The position numbers and the translations under genes were made by a program. A stretch of 64,000 bases of DNA from a virus. Positions 9,580 to 18,978 of this stretch are shown here, piece by piece. Location: the IMG/VR virus record IMGVR_UViG_3300021962_000088, positions 4,074-68,073 of that record. One strand, 5' to 3'. The notes under the pieces are model-generated. The model did not search any database. It saw nothing but the letters and a program-made list of their open reading frames with translations, and was not told where the DNA came from. Each line of letters starts with the position of its first letter. Within the stretch, counting starts at the first letter, position 1.

Positions 9580-9976
9580 TCTCGATCAAACTTCTAGACT
9601 CAAGGTCTGGAAAGAATTTCGCCAGTCACTTGAGACATCCGAACATCCTTTAGAGGATGTAGCTCTCTTTTGGAGTAGAACTCCATTCGTTCATCGATAC
9701 TTAGATCCAAACTATACATCCGATTGGCCCGATCCGTGGCATTTAATCATAGATAATAAGTATGACGACCTTGCTATCGCATTGGGTATGTGTTATACTT
9801 TGACATTAACAGAACGTTTTAAGAGCCAAAAAGTAGAGATACATACGTCTATGTTTTCCAGAGAAGAAAGATATATCGTAGTAGTTAATGACCGCGATGT
9901 ATTGAATTTTTTTCATAGGGAAGTCACTAACACGGGCGAGCTCACACATGGATCTAATAAAATTTACCCAGTATGA
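9572..9976 (+). CDS. hypothetical protein
   Basis: ORF track. Confidence 0.35.
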   Translation: MFDLDQTSRLKVWKEFRQSLETSEHPLEDVALFWSRTPFVHRYLDPNYTSDWPDPWHLIIDNKYDDLAIALGMCYTLTLTERFKSQKVEIHTSMFSREERYIVVVNDRDVLNFFHREVTNTGELTHGSNKIYPV

Positions 9977-12359
9977 GGATGTTATAAATACTACCTCAAC
10001 GACAAAAGAAAGAAAATTAGAGGCAAGAATGAACGATAGTATTGTAGTAGTAAAGAGAGACGGATCCAGAGAACCACTGACGCTAGAGAAGTGGCAGGCA
10101 CAGATTACAAAAGTATGTAGTGGAATAGCAGATGTCAGTCAATCAATGATTGAGATCAAAGCTAGTCCACATTTCTATGACGGCATAACAACACAAGAAA
10201 TAGATTCTTTAACTCTAAGAGCTATTGTAGACCTTATTGACATTGAACACAATCCAGATGTAGGTCACACAAATTATCAATACGTAGCAGGCAAACAACG
10301 TTTGTCAATGCTACGCAAGGATGTATATGGCCAGTACAATCCTCCCCGCCTCTATGATATCGTAAAGACAAATGTTGCTACAGGATTATACACTCCCGAA
10401 CTTCTTGAATGGTATTCAGAAGACGACTGGAACAAGATGGACGAGATTATAGATCACGAAAAAGACGAATTGTACTCGTATGCCGCCATCGAACAGTTAA
10501 TTGAAAAATATTTGGTACGCAATCGTGCGACAAAGGAAATTTATGAAACTCCCCAAGTTAGATACATGGTGGCCGCCGCTACAGTCTTTCATAAGGAAGA
10601 ACCTAACTCGGCCCGTATGCGTTACATCAAAGAGTACTACAACTGTTCTTCAGATGGCTTGTTTACTCTTGCTACACCTGTGCTGGCTGGGCTTGGCACT
10701 CCTACTAAACAGTTTTCTAGTTGTGTGCTTATCCGCAGTGACGACGATCTGGATTCTATATTTGCTAGTGGTGAGATGATGGCCAAGTATGCCAGCAAGC
10801 GAGCAGGCATTGGTTTGGAAATTGGACGACTACGCCCGTTAGGTAGCCCCATCAGAGGTGGTGAGATCATGCACACAGGCATGATCCCATTCTTAAAGAA
10901 ATGGTTTGGTGATCTACGCTCATGTTCACAAGGAGGCATTCGTAATGCTAGTGCTACTGTATTCTATCCTATTTGGCATCATCAGTTTGATGACCTTATC
11001 GTGCTTAAGAACAACCAAGGAACAGAAGAAACCCGAGTCCGTCATATGGATTATGGGGTTGTGCTTAACGCTATGTTCTGGAGAAGATTCAAAAACAAAG
11101 AAAATATAACTTTCTTTGATCCTAACCAAGTACCGGATTTATATGAAGCATTTTATCAGAACACTGATCGATTTGAAGAGCTGTACGTAAAATATGAAAA
11201 ACGTAAGGATCTTCGAAAGAAAGTCATCAGTGCTGAAGAAGTTTTCAAGGGTGGTATACTGAAAGAACGCACAGATACAGGTCGTATCTATTTGGTGTTC
11301 ATTGATAATGTAATGAATCAAGGACCTTTTGATCCTGAATATCATACGATATATCAGAGTAACCTGTGCTGTGAGATCCTATTACCCACACGTCCCTTTA
11401 AACGACTCGACGACGATAGTGGTCGCATAGCGTTATGTACACTGGGATCTATCAACTGGGGATCGTTCCGAAATCCAGAGGACATGCGTAGAGCCTGTAG
11501 GATTCTACAGCGTAGCCTGTGTAACATCCTTGACTATCAAGACTTCTTATCGATACAGAGCAAACTCAGTAACGATGAGATACAGCCATTGGGTATTGGC
11601 GTCACAAATCTAGCCTACTGGCATGCCAAACGTAGTTTACGTTACGGAGAAAAAGATGCCTTACAAGAAGTTAAAACATGGATGGAGCATCAGGCCTACT
11701 ATCTAACAGAAGCAACAGTTGAACTGGCCAAAGAAAGAGGTGCTTGTCAGCATAGCTCACATACCCGATACGGCCAAGGCATATTCCCCTGGGAGTCACG
11801 TGCCAACGGAGTCAACGAGTTAGCTGACTTTACTCCCGAACTTGATTGGGAGACATTACGCAAGGAGATGAAAGAACATGGAGTACGAAATGCCACTCTT
11901 ATGGCTATTGCTCCTGTGGAGTCAAGCTCTGTTGTTATTAACAGTACTAACGGTATTGAATTACCTATGAGCCTGATCTCTACTAAAGAAAGCAAAGCTG
12001 GATCCTTTACACAAGTAGTTCCTGAATATCAAAGATTGAAAAACAAATATCAATTGATGTGGGAACAGAAAGACTGTGATGGATATATTAAAACAGCAGC
12101 AGTACTAGCTGCCTATGTCGATCAATCAATTTCAACTAACACATTCTACAATCCAGCACACTTCGCTGATCGCAAAGTTCCTACGACATTGATTGCCAAG
12201 AACTTGATGCAGGCTCATGTATGGGGATTGAAGACATTCTATTACAGTTTAATCAATAAAGCAGGTAGTAGAGCCAAAGAAGAAGATTTAGTTCAAAGCG
12301 TGGCACAGAATTATGTAGAAGTAGATTTAGAAGATGACTGCGAGGCTTGTAAGTTATAA
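9948..12359 (+). CDS. nrdA: ribonucleoside-diphosphate reductase alpha subunit (class I, ATP-cone N-terminus)
   Basis: 803 aa with typical class Ia RNR blocks (e.g. CEILLP, C-terminal CxxC). Confidence 0.85.
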   Translation: MDLIKFTQYEDVINTTSTTKERKLEARMNDSIVVVKRDGSREPLTLEKWQAQITKVCSGIADVSQSMIEIKASPHFYDGITTQEIDSLTLRAIVDLIDIEHNPDVGHTNYQYVAGKQRLSMLRKDVYGQYNPPRLYDIVKTNVATGLYTPELLEWYSEDDWNKMDEIIDHEKDELYSYAAIEQLIEKYLVRNRATKEIYETPQVRYMVAAATVFHKEEPNSARMRYIKEYYNCSSDGLFTLATPVLAGLGTPTKQFSSCVLIRSDDDLDSIFASGEMMAKYASKRAGIGLEIGRLRPLGSPIRGGEIMHTGMIPFLKKWFGDLRSCSQGGIRNASATVFYPIWHHQFDDLIVLKNNQGTEETRVRHMDYGVVLNAMFWRRFKNKENITFFDPNQVPDLYEAFYQNTDRFEELYVKYEKRKDLRKKVISAEEVFKGGILKERTDTGRIYLVFIDNVMNQGPFDPEYHTIYQSNLCCEILLPTRPFKRLDDDSGRIALCTLGSINWGSFRNPEDMRRACRILQRSLCNILDYQDFLSIQSKLSNDEIQPLGIGVTNLAYWHAKRSLRYGEKDALQEVKTWMEHQAYYLTEATVELAKERGACQHSSHTRYGQGIFPWESRANGVNELADFTPELDWETLRKEMKEHGVRNATLMAIAPVESSSVVINSTNGIELPMSLISTKESKAGSFTQVVPEYQRLKNKYQLMWEQKDCDGYIKTAAVLAAYVDQSISTNTFYNPAHFADRKVPTTLIAKNLMQAHVWGLKTFYYSLINKAGSRAKEEDLVQSVAQNYVEVDLEDDCEACKL

Positions 12360-12532
12360 TGGACGCATACGACTTACATCAAGAATTATTTAAGGCTTGG
12401 CAAGAATTAGCACACAGGCCAGATGCTGGTGCTATAAAAAAGACTTGGGCTGAACTTCCTGTATATGTTGACGGGAAACAAGTTAAGAGAGTAGTAATAG
12501 TAGACGGACAAATAACATTGGAAACAAAATGA
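12359..12532 (+). CDS. small hypothetical protein between nrdA and nrdB
   Basis: 57-codon ORF; TAATG overlap with the nrdA stop and ATGA overlap with the nrdB start. Confidence 0.3.
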   Translation: MDAYDLHQELFKAWQELAHRPDAGAIKKTWAELPVYVDGKQVKRVVIVDGQITLETK

Positions 12533-13641
12533 GCCAACAACAATACAATTTACACACAAAGACAGATTATCTTAATCGTAAGATGTTTCTCGATCCAGCA
12601 GGACCTGTAACCATACAACGATTTGAAGAAGTCAAATACAATAAGATCGTAGACTTTGAAAAGACAGCACGTGGCTTCTTTTGGGTTCCCGAGGAGATCA
12701 GTCTAAGCAAAGATGCTAATGATTTTAAAGATGCCAGCGATGCCGTTAAACACATCTTCACTAGTAATCTACTACGCCAAACAGCATTGGATAGTTTACA
12801 AGGACGTGGTCCAAGTCAAATTTTTACTCCTGTGGTAAGTCTACCTGAACTTGAAAGCCTAGTCTACAACTGGACATTCTTTGAAACAAATATCCATAGT
12901 CGCTCATATAGCCACATCATCCGTAACATTTATAATGTGCCTAAAGAAGTTTTCAACACCATTCACGACACTAAAGAAATCGTAGATATGGCATCAAGTG
13001 TTGGTCGATACTACGACGAACTACACAGAATAAATTGCCATAAAGAATTAAGTAGTGAAATGACAGGTATGGTTAGCGAAGAAAAACATATCAAAGCAAT
13101 TTGGTTAGCACTAAATGCCAGCTATGCACTAGAAGCGTTCCGCTTTATGGTTTCATTTGCCACAAGTCTAGCAATGGTTGAGAATAAGATCTTTATTGGT
13201 AACGGAAACATTATTAGCCTAATCTTACAAGACGAACTACTACACAAAGGGTGGACTGCGTTTTTGATTAATCAGGTAATCAAAGAAGATCCTAGATTCG
13301 CTAAAGCTAAACAAGAATGCGAACAAGAAGTATATAATCTATACATGGATGTTATACGCGAAGAAAAAGAATGGGCTGACTATTTGTTTAAGAAAGGTCC
13401 AGTGATTGGATTGAATGCCGCTATTCTCAAAGACTTTGTTGACTATACGGCTGTTAACGCCCTCAAAGAGATCGGTATCAAATATCATTCTCCTGCTCCA
13501 AAAACTACACCAATACCGTGGTTCAATAAACACAGCGATACCAGCAAAAAACAAACTGCGTTACAAGAAAACGAATCGACTAACTATGTAATCGGGGTCA
13601 TGAGTGACAAGATCGATTACGAAGAATTACCAACAATTTAA
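12529..13641 (+). CDS. nrdB: ribonucleoside-diphosphate reductase beta subunit
   Basis: 370 aa; position directly after nrdA. Confidence 0.8.
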   Translation: MSQQQYNLHTKTDYLNRKMFLDPAGPVTIQRFEEVKYNKIVDFEKTARGFFWVPEEISLSKDANDFKDASDAVKHIFTSNLLRQTALDSLQGRGPSQIFTPVVSLPELESLVYNWTFFETNIHSRSYSHIIRNIYNVPKEVFNTIHDTKEIVDMASSVGRYYDELHRINCHKELSSEMTGMVSEEKHIKAIWLALNASYALEAFRFMVSFATSLAMVENKIFIGNGNIISLILQDELLHKGWTAFLINQVIKEDPRFAKAKQECEQEVYNLYMDVIREEKEWADYLFKKGPVIGLNAAILKDFVDYTAVNALKEIGIKYHSPAPKTTPIPWFNKHSDTSKKQTALQENESTNYVIGVMSDKIDYEELPTI

Positions 13642-13650
13642 GGAAATTTT

Positions 13651-13881
13651 ATGAAAGCTATTGTATGGAGTAAGTACAACTGTCCCTACTGCGATCAAGC
13701 CAAGGCATTGTTAACAGCAAAGGGCATCCAATTCGAAGAGAAGAAAATTGGTGACGGATTCACCAAGGAAGATCTATTAGAAGCCGTTCCTACAGCAAGG
13801 ACTGTGCCACAGATTTTTCTAGGAGAAGAGTTAGTGGGCGGCTTTACAGAACTAAAGAAAAGGTTAACAAATGCTAATTGA
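13651..13881 (+). CDS. grx: glutaredoxin (CPYC active site)
   Basis: 76 aa, CPYC motif, adjacent to the RNR genes. Confidence 0.8.
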   Translation: MKAIVWSKYNCPYCDQAKALLTAKGIQFEEKKIGDGFTKEDLLEAVPTARTVPQIFLGEELVGGFTELKKRLTNAN

Positions 13882-14161
13882 TAAAGGTGTTACAGCAGGT
13901 GAAGTAATAACATTAAAACTTACCAGCGGTGAGGAAATCGTAGCTACTTTGGTTGAAGAAACGGCTACTTATTATAAATTAAAACGTCCCATGGTTTTAG
14001 GTATGGGACAACAGGGCCCAGGACTGATGCCCTATCTGTTTACAGTCAATCCAGACAAAGAAATCAAATTGTTAAAAAACACAGTAGTCATGGCTGAAGC
14101 CACTGATAAATCTTTCGCTGATCAATTCATTCAAAGTACCACTGGAATCAAGCTGGTGTAA
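13871..14161 (+). CDS. hypothetical protein
   Basis: ORF track. Confidence 0.4.
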   Translation: MLIDKGVTAGEVITLKLTSGEEIVATLVEETATYYKLKRPMVLGMGQQGPGLMPYLFTVNPDKEIKLLKNTVVMAEATDKSFADQFIQSTTGIKLV

Positions 14162-14187
14162 ATACTAGTATGATTTAGGAGAAATAG

Positions 14188-14901
14188 ATGGGAGAAAGAA
14201 TTACGACCCTAATGGGTGCCACAGGCGGGGCTGGCGAATTTACAGTCGTTGATTATACCAATGACCTTAATACACTTTTTACTAAATTGGACCAATTAAC
14301 GAATGCGGTTACCTATCTAGACGATACGATAGAAGAATGTTTTGGAGCATCATCAGTTCCTAACAGCATAAATTCCGTTGCTAAGGCCACCGCTGATAAC
14401 TTACAAGCTATTAATGGTCTATTAAAAGATATAGATAAAAAAATGGTTGATCAGACTGGAGCAGGACTTCAACAGATTTCTAAACATCTAAGTGGCGTTG
14501 CTTCATCATTGAATACTGGCGTTGCTACGCAGTTTATTCTCACAGCTGATCAGATGAAAAAAAATGCTTTTGATAAAGCAGCGACCCAGGCAGCACTAAA
14601 AAGAAATAATCTTCCAGAGGTTACTGTATCTAACACTGATTTTATAACTACATTAGAATCAGTATTACAAGACGCAGGTAACGTTGCTGCTCAAGCGTCA
14701 GCTACTGGATTTGTAACAACACAGGCTAATAGAGCTATCACTGCTGCCACTGATTGGGTTACTGGTTTAGACCTTAAACCGGGTGAGATATTCAATAGAT
14801 TTAAATCAGCATTTGTAGCAAATTCCGCAGATAAAGAAGGTGCGATAGTTCAATCAGAAGCAACGGTTCTCAAGAACCAATCAGCTACTAGGTATACTTA
14901 A
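14188..14901 (+). CDS. hypothetical protein (possibly structural)
   Basis: ORF with RBS aggagaaatagATG. Confidence 0.4.
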   Translation: MGERITTLMGATGGAGEFTVVDYTNDLNTLFTKLDQLTNAVTYLDDTIEECFGASSVPNSINSVAKATADNLQAINGLLKDIDKKMVDQTGAGLQQISKHLSGVASSLNTGVATQFILTADQMKKNAFDKAATQAALKRNNLPEVTVSNTDFITTLESVLQDAGNVAAQASATGFVTTQANRAITAATDWVTGLDLKPGEIFNRFKSAFVANSADKEGAIVQSEATVLKNQSATRYT

Positions 14902-14903
14902 TC

Positions 14904-15155
14904 ATGCCCGGTAAAGCCGCAGCTAGAATACAAAACGATGCCGCAGAATCTGTATTGGTTTCTGGTTCCCTAGACGTCATTATGGACTTCAACGGAATAG
15001 CCTTTGAAGGTTCTATCACAGCGTTTGGAAACGCTGTAGTAACTTCTTCCCGTAGCGTACTGGTCAACGGTAAAGGCATAGCTAGAGAATCCGATCTCAC
15101 AGCACAAGGTCCTGCTATACAGACAGGATTTCAAGACGTTTGCGTAGGTGATTAA
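14904..15155 (+). CDS. PAAR-repeat-like spike tip protein
   Basis: 83 aa; VNGKGIARESD resembles the GxPAAR motif. Confidence 0.45.
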   Translation: MPGKAAARIQNDAAESVLVSGSLDVIMDFNGIAFEGSITAFGNAVVTSSRSVLVNGKGIARESDLTAQGPAIQTGFQDVCVGD

Positions 15156-15565
15156 TGAAAAAATTATTTTGGAACATATTAGGTTTCCTAAGTCTGGGAA
15201 TGGCCTATATTGGAGTTGTGACTCCTGGCATACCTTATAGTCCGTTCGTGGTATTTGCCGCTTACTGTTTTAGCAAAGGTAGCGAACGTATGCACAGATG
15301 GATCTATAATCATAAACTGTTTGGCCCATTCTTGACTAATTGGAATACCAAACGTGTATTTCCAACCAAGATGAAATTTTTTATGATAGCTATGATGTCA
15401 ACTAGCCTGATCATCATGTACTTCACAGGAGTGAAATTAATTGGAATTATCAGTACCGCAATTTTTATGGGACTTGTTGCTATTTGGGCTTGGCGTTTTC
15501 CTGGCAGCGTTGCCGAACATACTAGACGCATTGATAACGGAGAAAAGGTAGGTTGGTTAAAATGA
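15155..15565 (+). CDS. DUF454/YbaN-family inner membrane protein
   Basis: GIPYSPFVVFAAYCFSKGSERMHRWIYNHKLFGPF matches the YbaN signature. Confidence 0.55.
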   Translation: MKKLFWNILGFLSLGMAYIGVVTPGIPYSPFVVFAAYCFSKGSERMHRWIYNHKLFGPFLTNWNTKRVFPTKMKFFMIAMMSTSLIIMYFTGVKLIGIISTAIFMGLVAIWAWRFPGSVAEHTRRIDNGEKVGWLK

Positions 15566-16188
15566 CCTACAAGATGCATAACTTATTTCCGATTCCTTTG
15601 TATCAGACTTCAATCAAAGGTCCTGATCCAATAATAGAAAAGATATTGATCAATTCAGAGTTTAGTAACTTCAATGACTCTGACCCCACACACTTAGAAA
15701 CACCTAAGAGACATTTGTTAGATCAACCACAATTCGCTAATCTTAAAAAACAGATACAAGAAAAAGTTGATGAATATGTCTACGAAGTTTTGGGAGTGAC
15801 TAGAAAACAACAGTGGTTAATAACCACCAGTTGGTTGAATAAATCATTGCCTGGGGGTTATCATTCAATGCACTGGCATAGCAACAGTATGGTCAGCGGA
15901 GTATATTATCTAAAGACCAATCCTAGGTCTGGAGCCATTGGTTTTCACAAAGAACGCTCGCATAATAATCTTTGGCGTGACACATTTTGTATAGACTTTG
16001 ACAAGACTACAGAATATAATACTGATTGTGCTATTAATCCAAAAAATAACGATCTACTGTTATTTCCGTCAATATTAAATCACAGTGTCATGGATAATCT
16101 ATCAACTGAGGATCGTTATAGTCTAGCGTTCAATGTTTTTCCTAGAGGCATAATTGGCGAGGGCGGTAACAGCGAATTGATACTATGA
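15553..16188 (+). CDS. 2OG-Fe(II) oxygenase superfamily protein (phage-type)
   Basis: HWHSNSMVSGVYYL and C-terminal SLAFNVFP blocks. Confidence 0.6.
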   Translation: MVKMTYKMHNLFPIPLYQTSIKGPDPIIEKILINSEFSNFNDSDPTHLETPKRHLLDQPQFANLKKQIQEKVDEYVYEVLGVTRKQQWLITTSWLNKSLPGGYHSMHWHSNSMVSGVYYLKTNPRSGAIGFHKERSHNNLWRDTFCIDFDKTTEYNTDCAINPKNNDLLLFPSILNHSVMDNLSTEDRYSLAFNVFPRGIIGEGGNSELIL

Positions 16189-16829
16189 ATTATCAAGTTA
16201 CTCCATTATTTGCTATTCCTTTATATCAAACCCAACTAGGCAGGTTAACTTCTTTAGAACATGAGTTTATTCTAAATCTGGAATATGAAAGAATGCCAGC
16301 TGATAATGGTGACTATACCAAAGACAAATATGTTTTAGAAAAACCAGAACTAACTTTTCTAAAAGAACGTATTATAAAAGGCATAAACCATTTTGTCTAC
16401 GAAGTGCTGGATTGTTCACGCGAAGTTAAATTTGAAATACAAAACAGTTGGATCAATAGGCACGGCCAGGCAGATTTCGCCGGCACCCACAGACATTCAA
16501 ATAGTTTGATCAGCGGTGTGTACTACATTGATGTCGATCAACAAAGCGGTGCTATTGTATTTGAAAAAGATAAGAGTTACTATAATCTTTGGCCTAATGT
16601 TATAGACATTGAATTCAATTATCAAACACACGAAGATCAAAGTAGGTTAAACATATTCAACGCAGACGGATGGGGGATCTACCCTAAGCCAAACGAATTA
16701 ATAATGTTTCCTAGTCATCTGTATCACGGAGTAGGCGAAAATCATTCCAATATCGTCCGTTATAGTCTAGCATTTAATGTATTTCCTAGCGGGAATTTGG
16801 GAGGTAAATTGAACACGCTACACATATAA
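16185..16829 (+). CDS. 2OG-Fe(II) oxygenase superfamily protein (tandem paralog)
   Basis: Shares the N-terminus (PLYQT), GTHRHSNSLISGVYYI and SLAFNVFP with the upstream ORF. Confidence 0.6.
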   Translation: MNYQVTPLFAIPLYQTQLGRLTSLEHEFILNLEYERMPADNGDYTKDKYVLEKPELTFLKERIIKGINHFVYEVLDCSREVKFEIQNSWINRHGQADFAGTHRHSNSLISGVYYIDVDQQSGAIVFEKDKSYYNLWPNVIDIEFNYQTHEDQSRLNIFNADGWGIYPKPNELIMFPSHLYHGVGENHSNIVRYSLAFNVFPSGNLGGKLNTLHI

Positions 16830-16830
16830 G

Positions 16831-16859
16831 TTGACAAACTCAATAGAAGAGTGTTAAAT
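16831..16859 (+). promoter_or_regulatory. sigma70-like promoter (TTGACA-17-TTAAAT) upstream of the tmRNA
   Basis: Consensus -35 with 17-bp spacer. Confidence 0.45.
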
Positions 16860-16864
16860 AACAG

Positions 16865-17195
16865 TATTGCTGTATGAAGCAAAGAGAAAAGTGTTCTGGA
16901 CGCGGGTTCGACTCCCGCCAGGTCCACCAGAAAGTGTTTTGACAATAGCAGTACAGTAATGTCATACTATATGATATCAGTACTCGTTAAAACACTTCCT
17001 AATGGGCCTGCCATGGTTTCGACAGGGCAACAAGTAAATGAGTGGACAGCAGGGTAGGCGATGACCCTAAATCAAGCAAAACTAATAACTGCAAACGCAG
17101 CTAATGACGAGGTTTACGCTCTAGCAGCCTAAACATCCGGGGTAGCTATACCTTGTAACCCAAAATAGTAAAGTGGCTTTCGGGCCACTTTTCAT
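16865..17195 (+). ncRNA. ssrA: circularly permuted (two-piece) tmRNA, tag peptide ANAANDEVYALAA
   Basis: T-arm and 3' acceptor ggacgcgggttcgactcccgccaggtccACCA (to 16929) precede the 5' acceptor gggcctg (17004), with a G3:U70 Ala identity pair. Tag reading frame 17091-17132: gca aac gca gct aat gac gag gtt tac gct cta gca gcc taa. Terminator hairpin 17172-17195. Confidence 0.8.
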
Positions 17196-17224
17196 TTGCT
17201 TTTATCATAGAAACAATATATAAT
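17196..17224 (+). promoter_or_regulatory. sigma70-like promoter (TTGCTT-17-TATAAT) for the outer-membrane protein gene
   Basis: Consensus -10 with 17-bp spacer; long CA-rich 5' UTR follows. Confidence 0.5.
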
Positions 17225-17296
17225 ACCCTGAGCTGTGTGTTTTTCGTATAACACAGAAACACATCACACACAGTAAACACATAAAGGAAATATAGT

Positions 17297-17746
17297 ATGA
17301 AAAAAGTTGTTTTAGCAACAGCACTTGTCTTAGCTGCTACCGCGGCTTCGGCAGTTGAAGTAGGAGTAACCGCGACTCGTGATTACTCAGGAGACAATCG
17401 TAACTTCGGTGGTATCACTGTCGGAGAGAAATTTGGTCCTCTAGGAATCACTGGCGGATTTGAACGCTCCACTGTAGGCAGTGATGATCAAGATCGTTAT
17501 AGTCTGGTTGCTGGTTACGATGTAACCAAACTAGGTTCTGTCACAGTTACTCCACGTGTAGGAGTTGCTTTCTTAGACAATCAAACCAGCTCTAATGGCT
17601 ATGCTATGACCGTTGGTATTGGTGCCAGTGTGCCTGTAACCAAAAAAGTCAGCGTAGGGCTAGCACTTGATCGCCAGTACGGTCAAGATCGGGTTGACCA
17701 ATTTAACGGCAACCGCATCACAGCCGCTGCCAAGTATTCGTTCTAA
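17297..17746 (+). CDS. small outer-membrane beta-barrel protein (OmpX/OmpW/Ail-like)
   Basis: Signal peptide MKKVVLATALVLAATAASA, alternating amphipathic strands, C-terminal KYSF. Confidence 0.55.
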   Translation: MKKVVLATALVLAATAASAVEVGVTATRDYSGDNRNFGGITVGEKFGPLGITGGFERSTVGSDDQDRYSLVAGYDVTKLGSVTVTPRVGVAFLDNQTSSNGYAMTVGIGASVPVTKKVSVGLALDRQYGQDRVDQFNGNRITAAAKYSF

Positions 17747-17772
17747 TTAATACTCGAGATAGGAAGGACCTT

Positions 17773-17796
17773 CGGGTCCTTTTCTAACCTCTTAGA
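17773..17796 (+). terminator. rho-independent terminator (aaggaccTTCGggtcctt + T-run)
   Basis: Inverted repeat plus tttct. Confidence 0.7.
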
Positions 17797-17863
17797 TTCA
17801 AACGTTATTGATTTACTCAATGACGTTCATATAAAAATACAATGAAAAACCTATTAAAAATAC

Positions 17864-17892
17864 TTGATTAATAGGATAATTAAATGTATAAT
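17864..17892 (+). promoter_or_regulatory. sigma70-like promoter (TTGATT-17-TATAAT)
   Basis: Upstream of the peroxiredoxin gene. Confidence 0.5.
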
Positions 17893-17947
17893 TGTTGTAT
17901 AGGACAAAGGGTTCTAGAAGTTTTCAAACACACACAAGGAGAATGAT

Positions 17948-18493
17948 ATGAAAACAGTTGGTCATAAAATTGATCCATTTTTAGTAACTGGTGTTAAGCC
18001 AGGACAGCCAGAAGATGCTTTCTTTGACATCACAGAAAAATCTTTCGAAGGCAAATGGAAAGTAATCGTTTACTATCCAAAGGACTTTACGTTCGTATGT
18101 CCTACTGAAATCGTTGCCTATGATAAATTGGCACGTGATTTCGAAGACCGTGATGCTGTATTGCTCACAGGTAGTACAGACAATGAGTTCTGTAAGATTT
18201 CTTGGCAAAATGCTCACAGCGACCTAAAGAATATCAAGCACATCCAATTCGCAGATACACAGCGTAATGAATTGAGCTTGATCAACCAACTAGGTGTGTT
18301 CTACGCACCAGCAGGCGCTGCTCTACGTGCTACATTCATTGTTGATCCTAACAACGAAATCCAACACGTTACAGTTAACAACCTCAACGTTGGACGCTCA
18401 CCAGAGGAAACACTGCGTATTCTTGACGCACTACAAACAGGTGAACTCTGTGCCTGTAACCGTAAAGTCGGTGGCGACACTTTAAAGGTATAA
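17948..18493 (+). CDS. peroxiredoxin (AhpC/Prx family)
   Basis: FTFVCPTE peroxidatic-Cys motif; 181 aa. Confidence 0.8.
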   Translation: MKTVGHKIDPFLVTGVKPGQPEDAFFDITEKSFEGKWKVIVYYPKDFTFVCPTEIVAYDKLARDFEDRDAVLLTGSTDNEFCKISWQNAHSDLKNIKHIQFADTQRNELSLINQLGVFYAPAGAALRATFIVDPNNEIQHVTVNNLNVGRSPEETLRILDALQTGELCACNRKVGGDTLKV

Positions 18494-18494
18494 T

Positions 18495-18908
18495 ATGCTA
18501 GATTGTATGATTATTGGCGACAGCATCGCAGTTGGTACAGCAATGGCTCGTCCTGAATGTGTAAGCTACTCTAAAGGTGGCTGGAATAGTTGGCAATGGA
18601 ACAAAGATTATCTGCCAAAGGCTTCAACACAGGCAGCAAAAACTGTGATCATTAGTCTTGGTGCCAATGATCATCGAGGTGTAAAAACCGAAAGTGAACT
18701 ACGGAAGATGCGATCCGCTATCAAAGCAGATCGTGTCTTTTGGATAGATCCTGGACAAGATCGAAAGCCTGTTCCTCACGATGCGATCGTTCGTATCGCA
18801 CAGGAATACGGTGATACGATCATTCCTCGTCCTAAGGCGCATATGAGCGCCGACGGCATACACCCCACTGGCAAAGGTTATAAAATTTTAGGAGACTTAA
18901 CAAAATGA
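18495..18908 (+). CDS. SGNH/GDSL hydrolase (esterase/lipase)
   Basis: Blocks GDS (IIGDSIAVG), GAND and DGIHP. Confidence 0.6.
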   Translation: MLDCMIIGDSIAVGTAMARPECVSYSKGGWNSWQWNKDYLPKASTQAAKTVIISLGANDHRGVKTESELRKMRSAIKADRVFWIDPGQDRKPVPHDAIVRIAQEYGDTIIPRPKAHMSADGIHPTGKGYKILGDLTK

Positions 18909-18978
18909 GTTTTCAAGAACAGTTCGAATATCTAAAAAGATGGCATTGCCCGTCATGTAACACACAGGGAGACAATAA

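Noticed and set aside
10501-11345. Several short ORFs in both strands inside nrdA
   Set aside because: Embedded in a well-supported 803-aa RNR gene.
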